A stretch of 63,015 bases of DNA, the filler included, from Vannella sp. (Eukaryota): assembly GCA_023345925.1 (NCBI GenBank). It is 7 parts of 7 records of this genome, joined end to end, with 100 filler letters (N's around TTAATTAATTAA, not from the genome) between each part and the next. Parts side by side here need not be neighbours in the genome. Positions count along the whole stretch, not along the records: positions 29,436 to 36,006 come from JAJQQN010000989.1; positions 36,107 to 43,904 come from JAJQQN010001259.1; positions 44,005 to 58,883 come from JAJQQN010000144.1; 4 more parts are not named here. One strand, written 5' to 3'. The position numbers and the translations under genes were made by a program. Shown piece by piece: positions 34,601 through 45,134 of the stretch (the stretch's first letter is position 1; every line of letters starts with the position of its first letter). A model generated the notes under the pieces. That model saw only the letters and a list, made by a program, of their open reading frames with translations. It was not told the origin of the DNA and did no database searches.

Positions 34601-35341
34601 CATCGAATGGGGCTTCTGCCCCTTCTCTCACCATTGGTGTCACAGACGTGTCCCAAGCCTCCTCTGGACCAGTTCGTTCGTTCGCCGAAACGAACTCCCT
34701 AGCCGCTGACCAGACCTTAACTGTTGTTCCGACGGGTATCATTAGCGTCACCCACTACCAATCCTTCAGCGTCTCAAGCGAGAGGGATCTCTGACACATC
34801 TCAAGCCTCTGGACCAGTTCGCTCGTTCGCCATAACGAGCTCTCCAGCAGCGGGCCAGACCTTTGCAGGTGGTTTGAACAGTGTGGCACCGTCATCACCT
34901 TCTGCCAAAGCCAATCCCTCAGCATCTCAAGCGAGAGGGATCTCTGACACATCTCAAGCCTCCGGACCAGTTCGCTCGCTGGCCATAACAAACTCTCCAG
35001 AAGCTGATCAGACCTTTGTTGATGGTTCCATTAAGGCGACAGAATCTTCGGCCAACACCAATCCATCTGCTTCTCAAGAGAGCGGAGTTACCGACAGGAC
35101 TCGAAGCCCTAACTCCGTCCGTTCCATCACCATTCCAAAATCTCCAGTGGTTGACCGATCCTTTGCAGCTCCGAGCTCAGTCCCATCCCCATTCCCTGTT
35201 CTCACTCCTGATCTGAACCCAGCCCCAGTTCCGGTGCCAATTCCTGTCCCGGTCCCGGTTCCTTTTCCCAGATCTGGTGACGTCTCAGGCGCATCCACAG
35301 CGGCCATAGGATGCACTCTTTTCCTGTTGATGACACTTTAA
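31615..35341 (+). CDS. Secreted extracellular LRR protein with mucin-like stalk and probable GPI signal (18 exons; one broken exon and one frameshift)
   Basis: Signal peptide; LRRNT cap (LVAFYNATGG..W...NPCTWFGVTC); 23-aa LRRs xLxxNxIxGxLPxWxxLxxLxxL, one per exon; Cys cap; Ser/Thr stalk; C-terminal SGASTAAIGCTLFLLMTL*. Confidence 0.88.
34640..35160 (+). repeat. Four ~147-153 bp coding repeats in the LRR protein stalk
   Basis: Unit (S/T)DTSQASGPVRSFAITxSP..DQTF; homologous positions at 34643, 34791, 34944, 35091. Confidence 0.85.
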
Positions 35342-35780
35342 GTGCCATTAACCTCCTTCCTTCTTTACTCATCTTACTTAACTGACTAAATACTCGTTCT
35401 ATATCAATCAAGAACCCCCCTCAATCGATCTCTATACCAGTCTTTTGTAGAGTTGACACTCGGCTAGGGGAAAGAACCTCTTCTCTATTGTTCAGGAGCT
35501 ACCAAAAAGAAGACCGCATCATTCGGAAGCCCACTTGGGTTTCATTCTTCAACTTCACATCAGACACGCAGTGCTGCATTGTGTTGGGAAATGCAATATG
35601 ATTATCCTTCCTTTGCAGGTCTGCCGTCGAAGTGCGTCAAGTCTCCCACAAATGGAAAAGTTCCAAATCACTGACGAAGAGACAAAAGTCGCTTAAATAC
35701 TTCCCTCCTGTGTGTTAGAGCACACTCCCGTGGGCCGTTCCACAGCGGAGGTCCCTAAAAAAGCCTCCAGTCCTCCTGTA

Positions 35781-35876
35781 GCGGAGGCAGTTGGTGAGGC
35801 GTTGGGAAACGGCTTTGAGGAGGGGGTCACCGACTTGGTGACCATAGAGGCCGTTGATTTGTTTGAAGACGGCAAG
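35781..35876 (-). pseudogene. Fragment of a bacterial-type GGDEF (diguanylate cyclase) domain
   Basis: LAVFKQINGLYGHQVGDPLLKAVSQRLTNCLR vs consensus LDxFKxIND..GH..GD.LL..V..RL...LR. The conserved Asp residues are substituted and the GG(D/E)EF motif is absent. Confidence 0.7.
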
Positions 35877-36006
35877 AGGGCAACTGTGCCGAAGGCCAAG
35901 GATGACAGAGGTGGGGCGCGCCTTCTTACCAATGTACAGAAGCACCATCAAACACCAACACCAGTACGAGCTGACAATAGCTATCAATAGACCTGCGCCG
36001 ATGTGC

Positions 36007-36106
36007 NNNNNNNNNNNNNNNNNNNNNNNNNNNNNNNNNNNNNNNNNNNNTTAATTAATTAANNNNNNNNNNNNNNNNNNNNNNNNNNNNNNNNNNNNNN
36101 NNNNNN
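36007..36106. other. Artificial contig spacer
   Basis: N44-TTAATTAATTAA-N44. Confidence 0.99.
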
Positions 36107-36331
36107 ATGGGCAATTGGGGACGGGCAACACTTCCGATCAGCGCCAACCCGCTCTGGTCTCCTCGTTGAAAGGAATGAGTGCTCGATTGTGGGAACCATT
36201 CATGAGGAAGGGCCGGCTGGTCTTCGGAAACAAAGCCCGGACCTCACGCTCTCATAATAATTGTAGATTTATTGCTGCAATAAAGGGAGATTTTCGCATT
36301 TCCATCGCGATCGGATCGGCGGTTGGTGGCG

Positions 36332-37181
36332 ATGGACAGGATGGGCCTTCCACAGGGCTTTGGTTCCTTCAACTTCAAACCTATGGCCAGCACGCGGAAT
36401 GACACCATCCCGTATGGAAGTAAGTGAGGTGGGCCTCGAGATGGGAGGAAGGACTGACGCAGTTTAGATGTGTTCCCTTTGCCTCAGGTGCAACAGGAGT
36501 CCCCTAATCTCTCCAATTGGATCAAAGTGGGTTTATCTCTCTGCTAGACGAAGGACACGCCTCCTTATTGAGCGTAGATTGAGGACTTTGCCACCCAAAT
36601 CCGCATTCTCTCCCTGCAAGCACGTGTGGATGATCTGGTCTCTGTAGATCAATTACAAAACGCGTATGACCTCTCTTCTAAGATACAAGAGCAGCTCCGC
36701 TGCATAATGGAAGAGGTAAATGACGCAAAAGTCCCCCTCATCAAAGTGCTCACTCGTGAGCGTGCAGAAGACCGGTTTCTCATTCACCAACACTCCAGCA
36801 GAGTCTCCTTTTGACTTTGGTGATGGCAAGGGCTCACCTTTGAAGAAGCGAAGGAGAACAGACTCAACGCGCCATTGTCACCTATGCAACACTGCAGACA
36901 CGCCCGAATGGCGACGAGGACCGAACGGACCACGAACGTAAGTGACTCTCTCGCCTTGACACCAAAGCCACGCGCTCACCAACGGTCTGTGTGCGAATCT
37001 CACCAGTTTGTGCAACGCCTGCGGCCTCAAGTGGGCAAAGAAGCAGAGAACGGACCAGAAACGAAGCACATCTTCACCTGACGCCAACGAGCCTCTCACA
37101 GAGCCAGAAGAGGCCCCCAATCACTCTATCCCCCATATCGAGCCCAAGTTCGAGACGTCCGGGCCGCTTCCCCCTGTCTAG
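36332..37181 (+). CDS. GATA zinc-finger transcription factor
   Basis: CHLCNTADTPEWRRGPNGPRT|LCNACGLKW (CX2CX18CX2C) across an intron; the 5' exon structure is uncertain. Confidence 0.85.
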
Positions 37182-37191
37182 ACCATCCCTG

Positions 37192-39693
37192 ATGTCCATA
37201 AACCCCGATGTGTTGCTAGAGAAGTCATTTGTGGCCATGCCAGAGGCCGTGGTGGTGTCGGAGGCGGTGGCGCGCCTGCGCGAGCTCCTCATGTCTCCTG
37301 AACAGCTGGAGAAGGTTGATTCACTTCGTGAGTCGTTGGGGGAGAAGAAGCGTCGTGCGGAGGCGCAGCTGCTCGCGTCGATGCAGGAGCAGTTGGAACG
37401 AGCGCGTTTGGGCATGGAAGAGCTCGAGGAGTCTTCAGCTCACATCAGTACCGTTCATCACTCGTTCCGTGAGGTTGGTGCGATGTGTACAGGAAGTCGC
37501 AACCAGCTGCCGCAGTACTCCGTCATTAAACGCCTCACTATTGCGAGGGAGAACCTCCGTTCATGCGTAGAGAACTGCCGGAACCTCTCAGAAGTATGAC
37601 TCTCCCTTACATAACGAGCTACATTGTTAACTCGCTCTCTGGAATAGACAGCAACCAAGGTAGCAGAGATTCAGGAGATGCTGAAGGACGATCGTCAGGT
37701 GTACGCGGTACACAGGGATCTTCACGCACTGGAAGAGCTAAAGAAAGAAGCACTACTACAGGTTTGAGTCACCTTCTTACTAAGGGATCTGCACGCCCTT
37801 CTAACACTGAAAGGGATAGACAAAAGAGCAGCCAGAACAGCATGCGAAGCTCATGAAGCAGTTCAAGGACCTAGAACAGATGTCAGGTACTCTACAGACA
37901 ACCGTCCTTCAGATATTCGAAGAGGGAGTGGACATGTCCTTACGGCGGCCCGCCACGCTCATTAAGGCCGTCCAAGTCATTGAAAGGGAGGAAAAGTTCG
38001 ATCGCCAGCGCAAGAAGCGCAACAGAATCATCGAAGAACGGAAGAAGACTGTTAAACCAGGAAGCGTAGCCGCTCTAGAACTCAACGCATCCCAAATCGA
38101 GCCCATTCGAGGACTTCGGGCCTCCGCATTTGAGCGATTGGCCTCTTGGATCATCCAACACTTTGAATTCGCCTTTGCTGACCTCGAAGCAGACTTAGAA
38201 ATCACCACCAAGAGTGACGAAACCGCGGGATTCGCTTTTACTGCTGAGGTTGAGGACGTGACGGAGCGTTATCTCAAAGAATGCAATCAATTCCTCTCTG
38301 AACTCGGAACTGTGTTCAAACACTTCCGAGTTTGTGTACCCAAGCATTACAAGATCTTTGAGTGGTTCCTGACTCAGTACCATAGTCAATTCTATACGCT
38401 TGTTCTGCGTTTCTCGAATCAGGCGGAGATTCTCTCCGCCAAGGACACGATTAATCTGGTGTCCTGGGTGAAGAGCACGTATGAGCCATTCTTGGAGGAG
38501 GCTGGACATAGTGATATTGAGCCGTCATTGATTGAGCCTTTGGAGGAGTTGATTCGAGGGTTCCGCGTTCATGTGAAGAAGCTGATGGACCAATGGACTC
38601 CTCGGCTCTTAGAAATAGATCGCAAATCTCCTCCAGAAGAAGTAGCTGGGCGTTACTACACTGACTCATGCGTTACCTTGTTTAAAATTTTGCGACAGCA
38701 GATGCAAGTCGTTATTACCACTCAATACTCTACTCTTTGCTACCAAGTCGTACTCGAGTGTCTTGATGCCATTATGGAGTATCAGAATCGGGTCCACAAC
38801 CTCTTCGAAACCATTGGAGATGAGCTTGAGTTTGAATATCTGATTGCGTTGGCCAACAACAATAAGCGCGCTATTGTGTATGTACCCTTTGTGAGCAATA
38901 GCCTCCTCTGAATATTTTGGGAACATCTAGGAACGTGAATAACTTCCAGAAGCTTGTAGAGGAGTCTCTCGATGAATATTACTTCGCTCAAGTCAATTTT
39001 GAAGTGGTTCGCCAAGGCTTCATTGACTTGGCAGGAGGCTGCTTGGAAATGTTGGCTAAGGCGATTTGTCGTGATTTAGAGGATGTGATGAGTTTGACTG
39101 GATCAAGAGAATGGCGTGACACAGATGACCCTTACATGGACGCAGTTTGTGACACAATCGTGGATTACATGAAGAATGATATCAAAGAGTTTTTAGATCC
39201 TGAGTACATCAAAGAGCTTCTCAAACATTGTGTTGTTCGAGTGATATCACTTTATGCAACCGCCTTGCTAACTCCTTCTCGCAAAAAGTGTTCTATCAAT
39301 GACAAGTTCTTCTCGCGCCTGCAACTAGGAAAGCAGATTCTGTACGATTTTGGAATGGAATATGTGACTTTTGAGAAGGTCTGTAGCTTCATTTTAAAGG
39401 GAATGTTGCCTAACGCACCGTAGTTTGTCAATGATTCACTTTCAATTATTGATTGCATCCATCATCTATACCGTGGGACAGCTGCAGAGATGCTTGAGGC
39501 TATCAGAGATTTGCATAATTATGACGTAAGTTGTGAAATAGTCTGACTGGGCTCTGGTGACTCACCACCCAACGGATAGGAGGGACTGATGACTGTCCGA
39601 GGCGTAGAGTTTTATCTCAACAAGAGAAGCGACCTCGACCGCAACCAAGAAAAGGCACTTATCAATACTTGTCGCGAGTTCCTTCCAGAGTAA
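37192..39693 (+). CDS. SEC6: Exocyst subunit Sec6/EXOC3
   Basis: AVARLRELLMSPEQLEKV...KKRRAEAQL...QLE; PATLIKAVQVIEREE; LIALANNN; about 5 introns. Confidence 0.88.
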
Positions 39694-39731
39694 AGAGAAG
39701 TTAACTGTTATTGAATGGAGTAAGTTAGAGT

Positions 39732-41362
39732 CTATTCCTTGGGAGGCAGTTTGTTTTCGACGGCCTTCTTGCTCATCAGCATCGAAAACATGCGAGTGTC
39801 ACTCTCTGCATCTTCAATCCGCCCAACAACTCGATTGGCTGTGGCGCGGTCCTTGAAGGCGCCAATAAGATGCGGAACTGCTTCAATGGCGCGGGTGTTC
39901 TCGACAATACTTTCGTACCATTTGCCCTCTTTCATCAAGCATTTAGCGAGAAAGTGGTGAGCCATGGGGGCTTCCTGCTGCTCCAACTTGATGCAAACAT
40001 TCAAGTCATTCATGGCCATCTCCACATCGTCAATTTTCAAGTAGAAATAACCCCTCAGCCAGGTTGCAACACTCAAGACTGATTCACAAGACACGATATC
40101 TAAAGATTCTATCAGAGATCTGAAAGAGGAGGGACAGAAACGTACCAGACCGTCGGGCATCGACAATCTCATAGTACTTTCGATAGGATTTAATGAACTG
40201 AGTACAGTCCAAGATGCCCAGCTGGTAATTGGCCATAATGCCAAAGCATTCCGCTCGAGCGAGCATGGCGGGTGCGTATTCGGGAGTTAGCTGAATACAC
40301 TTGGAGTAGTTTGAGATGGCCTGTTCATAGTTTCTTCGAATGTGCTGAAGCTTTCCCAGTCCATACCAAGCTTCCACTCTAATAAAAGCGATTGAGTTCA
40401 GATATTGTTCTCTTCCATGACTTACTCCTCTTCGTTGGAGGCAAGAGCCTGCCGGAAATACTCTTCGGCCGAAACAAGATACTTTTTCTTTCGTTTTGCG
40501 GTTTCTTCTGACTCATCAGGGTCGATTCTCTCCACATGGTCTGCAATCAAGAACCCAGCACTTATTTGATGATCAGTTGAAGCCTTGCCAGAAGGGGAGT
40601 TGGACTTTTCGAGCTGTCCCAAACTGTCTAAGTCAGCCAGCGCCAAGGTTAGATACTCAGCACGCTCAGTTTCAGAGCTGCAGGTCCTATGGATGGCTCT
40701 GTATGTAGCCACTCTCATATCCAATGCCAAAGAGAAGATCTCGTCCCGACTGGCTTTGGAGTTAGAGAGGAGTCGTCGAGTTAACTCCAATAGTTGCTCA
40801 AGTAGGGCTGGGATGGAGCGTAAAGTACTTCTAGGATCCACATTGACCTCTTGGACCATCTTTTCAAGCTCATCAAGACCAAAAGAGGCCTCTTTGGTCA
40901 ACATTGAGAAGTACGCAGGGTCAATCACGACACCAGTGTCCAATTGGCAGTGAGTAGGGTTCTCAGCAATGTCTTGTAGTAGATTAAAGTACACATCAGC
41001 TAAGCTACGGCGTCTATAGTGAGGAATGAACGCACCAAGAGCAAGAACACCTACAACTTGGAAGGGGAAAGGATGAACGCGGCAAGACACTCGCGCCTTG
41101 CTTGGAGAATGTGTCCCTGAGAGAAGCTTTGGTAGAAAGGCATCTGATCAAGCAGCAGCTGCTGCTGCAAGCCTGTGGCATCCCCTAACTCGTCCTTTGT
41201 GCCAGTCTCCTGCTCCTCCTCGATCTCCCGATACTCCACACTCCTTGCATACGTCTTTTCACCACGAAAGGCACTCCATCCAGGCCCTCCCACGCTCACA
41301 CGAGCCCATCTACCCGATAACAAGCTCCTCAACCCGCTCCGAGTCCCCGAAGCCCGCCACAT
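39732..41362 (-). CDS. TPR-repeat protein, probably mitochondrial
   Basis: Arg/Ser-rich presequence MWRASGTRSGLRSLLSGRW; TPR repeats (EAWYGLG...YEQAISNYSKCIQLTPEYA; LRGYFYLK...AMNDLNVCI); several introns. Confidence 0.7.
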
Positions 41363-41413
41363 CGCCCAGCTCAACAACAACTGCTCCATTGATCATACAA
41401 ACACCATTTCATC

Positions 41414-42052
41414 ATGTCCCAGTGCTACCAGTGTGGGTGGGGCGAGCAGGGGGACAAGGAACAGGTCCAGGAGCTCCTGGACATCATCAACCCCAGCTTT
41501 GCAGTGGCTGAGGCTGACATGTGGAAGGGTACTCTCCAGCGAACGAGTAAGGAGGAGCTCTTCCGGTTGATTGATGGGCGCCAGCTGCTTCTCGTCCGAG
41601 AAGGGGCCGTTCTCGTGGGGGCGTGCAAGATCAGCCTGGAAGAGCGGATAGGAGACTTGAGTATGTTAGCTTGCCACCCTCTCTACCGAGGAAAGGGCAT
41701 TGGAACGCTCATGCGGCTGTTCTTTGAGGACTTTTGTGCCCAACAAGGATGCTCCCACGTCCAAGTGGAGGTTCTCTTCGCTAAAGAGAACTGTTCCGAC
41801 ATCAAACAGGACACAATCGCCTGGTACAACCGCCACGGCTACACCGAACACGCCTCCTCTCATTTTGCAAGTCTTTATCCTCACCTGAGCCCACAGCTCG
41901 CTGTCGAGTGCTCCTTCATCATCTACCGTAAAGAGTGTTCCCCGTGCACAAAAACATCCTTCTTCTTCACAACAGACATCCCCACACATTGGGTTGGGGT
42001 AAAAATTGATTTTGTGAATTCCCGGAAATTTTTGTTTCGTGGAACTTTCTAA
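41414..42052 (+). CDS. GNAT acetyltransferase
   Basis: Motif A MLACHPLYRGKGIGTLM; WYNRHGY; C-terminal YPHLSPQLAVECSFIIYRK; intronless. Confidence 0.85.
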   Translation: MSQCYQCGWGEQGDKEQVQELLDIINPSFAVAEADMWKGTLQRTSKEELFRLIDGRQLLLVREGAVLVGACKISLEERIGDLSMLACHPLYRGKGIGTLMRLFFEDFCAQQGCSHVQVEVLFAKENCSDIKQDTIAWYNRHGYTEHASSHFASLYPHLSPQLAVECSFIIYRKECSPCTKTSFFFTTDIPTHWVGVKIDFVNSRKFLFRGTF

Positions 42053-42130
42053 TTCTGAGCAAAGGAGAATTTTCCGGAACTTTCCATTTGGAACTTTCTG
42101 TGTTCATTAACTTTCGTCCCTTTGCGCGTC

Positions 42131-42682
42131 ATGCTCCGCTGTTTGTCACTTCTTCTCGCTTATGTTGCCCTTGGATCTGCTATGACCACGATGGGGTTCA
42201 AAGGAGGAGTTTTCTGGCCGGATGTAAACGGGACGGAGACGAATCGCGGATTGTCTTGGTTCAATACGTGTGCGTTCGCAGCAGCGGAACCCTATCCTGT
42301 TACGTTTGGCTTCTCCTTCGACGAAACTCTGCTCACTGATGATGGAATCTACCAGTCCCTCCCCATGATTGACCCAATGCTCACCCTACAAAGCGCCTAC
42401 ATTGACCAACGGAACAGTATTGGAGCATGGGTTGCCTTCGCAGATGCCTCTTTCGTGATGTTCACCGAAAAACAGTTCTCTGGCTTCTTCTTCTTGGGAT
42501 GGGCGATGGACGGCTCCAAGAAAGTGAAAGTGAAGATTGATTCTTTCACTTGGACCCTCGAAGAGATCAAGCCGTTTGCTACTTTGGAGGCCTCTGGATA
42601 CTTCTTTTCCTGCAATGCTATTGTGGAGGTCCCCCCAAACAGCTTCACCTGCCCCGACCGTTTCTTGTGCAACAATCTCTGA
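42131..42682 (+). CDS. Secreted hypothetical protein
   Basis: Signal peptide MLRCLSLLLAYVALGSA; 183 aa; aromatic-rich with a few Cys; no family recognised. Confidence 0.6.
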   Translation: MLRCLSLLLAYVALGSAMTTMGFKGGVFWPDVNGTETNRGLSWFNTCAFAAAEPYPVTFGFSFDETLLTDDGIYQSLPMIDPMLTLQSAYIDQRNSIGAWVAFADASFVMFTEKQFSGFFFLGWAMDGSKKVKVKIDSFTWTLEEIKPFATLEASGYFFSCNAIVEVPPNSFTCPDRFLCNNL

Positions 42683-42997
42683 CTTTCCTGCTCCTCGTTC
42701 CTTGGATACCCTGCAAGACAATAAATGGCACTCGGTGAAGGCGGTTATTCATCGTGTCAGAGGCCGAAGAAGGCGCATACACTTGTGACCCCGAGGTGCC
42801 CTGAAGGAGGGATGTTGGGGAGAAGCCACTAAGTTGTCAGTTACTCTGATTCAACTACGGTGCCAATGCACTTAGAGGCACTTAACAACCAACCGTCTCT
42901 ACTACCTCTGATTCAATGTCCCTGAGAGGCTCTTAAAACGTTTCTTAAAAAGGATTTTAATGTACAAGCCAGCCATACGAACATGCTCTTGCAAAAC

Positions 42998-43558
42998 TCA
43001 TAGAAGCGCACAATGAGCCTTTTTGGCTTTCTTTGTGGGATGTGACTTTAACTTCTCACGTCTCCGAATGTCTCGGACTAACTCGAAGAAGGCGTGCTCT
43101 ACATTGACTCGAAGACGAGCAGAGGCTTCAACGTGGGGACAACCAAATGACTTGGCAAGAGTGAGGCCTTCTTGGAGAGTGACTTGGCGGCTTTCCTCCA
43201 GGTCGCTCTTGTTGCCCACTAGGACCATGGGCACGTCATCAGAGTCCTTCGCTCGCAGCATTTGCTCACGGAAAGTGGAAATCTCGTCGAAAGAGTTGCG
43301 AGAGTTGATGGCGTACACACAAAGGAAGCCTTGGCCACTTCGCATGTACGAGTCCCTCATGGCCGAGTATTCTTCTTGTCCAGCAGTGTCAAGGATGTCC
43401 AATAGACACGTTTCGTTGTCCAGAACTGTTTGCTTGCGATACGAGTCCTCGATGGTGGGATCGTACTCTTCAATAAAGTGGTTTTGAATGAACATGATCG
43501 TCAGCGCGGACTTGCCCACTCCTCCTCCTCCCACAATCACCAGCTTGTACTCCGTCAT
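42998..43558 (-). CDS. Ras GTPase (RasG/RasD-like)
   Basis: [42 protein letters not shown]; CaaX box CALL. Confidence 0.97.
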   Translation of the reverse strand: MTEYKLVIVGGGGVGKSALTIMFIQNHFIEEYDPTIEDSYRKQTVLDNETCLLDILDTAGQEEYSAMRDSYMRSGQGFLCVYAINSRNSFDEISTFREQMLRAKDSDDVPMVLVGNKSDLEESRQVTLQEGLTLAKSFGCPHVEASARLRVNVEHAFFELVRDIRRREKLKSHPTKKAKKAHCALL

Positions 43559-43904
43559 GTCCGTTTGATAATGGTTCATGACACAGCAGCAGAGTCCTTT
43601 TGTACTCCAGTTCTATTGAAAGCAGGCTTCACCTAAGCCGATCTATTTTCAGATCGGATCCTCCCATTATGGGACATCTCCAGGCATATTGCCACAGATG
43701 TAGATCAATTAAATTGATTCAGTTATATTTGGCGGCTTTTTGCTCCTATCTTGCACGATATGTCTCATTTCCCCTTCCCCCGCAATGAACGCCACAAACC
43801 GTAACAAAGGTGCCAAGACCTCTGCTCCTGGTACGTGAGGATCTCCGCACCTCATGAGAAGGGGTTGGGCTGACTTGGATCGCAGAGCGAGGCAGTTTCC
43901 CTCT

Positions 43905-44004
43905 NNNNNNNNNNNNNNNNNNNNNNNNNNNNNNNNNNNNNNNNNNNNTTAATTAATTAANNNNNNNNNNNNNNNNNNNNNNNNNNNNNNNNNNNNNNNN
44001 NNNN
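43905..44004. other. Artificial contig spacer
   Basis: N44-TTAATTAATTAA-N44. Confidence 0.99.
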
Positions 44005-45134
44005 CCTTCGACAACTCCATCGATTGAGGAAGAGAGAGAGGGACTACCTTGCTCCCCATCCTCCAACAGCGGAGGATTGTTCCTGCATCGCTCCACAACA
44101 AGGCCAAAAGGCCTGAGACCCACCCTGTGGACGGTTTGACCATCAGGAAGCCGGCAAAGAATAGTCAACTCTTTGAGTAAATCTGGATTTACCTGGAAAA
44201 ATTGTGAACTGACCAATCAGAGGGCTCAAATCAGCGGGGGTTTAGAGCGGAAACTCCCGCTGAACATTGCTGGGAGATGAGGAAATACTGGCATTTATTA
44301 GCATTCACTGGCGATCACCTTGATCGCACTGACCTTCGGGATCACGAAGATCGCGTGACATTCCAATAAATGGATCTTCCAAAGCTCTTGATTTTGTTGC
44401 ACGTGGCCATCTTGAACTTGAAGAAGGATTGAGCAATAGTGAGACGGAATAGGCTTTGCGGATGAACCCAAATTGTGCTGTTTTCAAGGGAGGATCGCTC
44501 ACTGGAGGTGAGGCGACATCGTGTGAGAATAGTAAAACCCTCAAGTCTCGACTATCTGATAGATAAAGACTTTGAGTTATCGAAAACAGAATCATGAAAT
44601 CCATGCCAACGCGGTTGTTTCTGGGTCAAAGTGACAGTCGACGGAATAAGAAATCCGTATTTGATGTGACTCCTGAGACCTCCAGTGATGAACTGAGCGT
44701 GTGAAACGTAGTGTCATGAGCAATTCCCGATGTGGATCTGTGTGAACCAAGATACTTGTTTATCAAGTACATTTCTAGGTATTTATTGAACTCTTTCCCC
44801 AGGAACGATCGAGAATGAATTTTTTTCGATTTTGCGCGAAAACGGGGTTCACGCAGCGTGAACGGGGTGAATTTGCTTGATACGTATGCTTGATACGCCC
44901 CTTCTCTGGTGGATTTTCTCCAAGTGGCGTTAAACTTGATGATGAATGCAAGTCAAAGCCAAGAAAGACCCAACAGGTTCGAGTCTCACGTTTGGCAAAG
45001 GGTCTTCTTCACGAAAGTCTCCTGACGAGATCCCAGTTCAGTCTCCAGGTGTGATCGAGATCGACAGTTTTCTCGCTCGAAGTCCCTGTTCTAGGCTTGT
45101 GGCACATTCTCACAATGCAAGATGATTTAATTCT

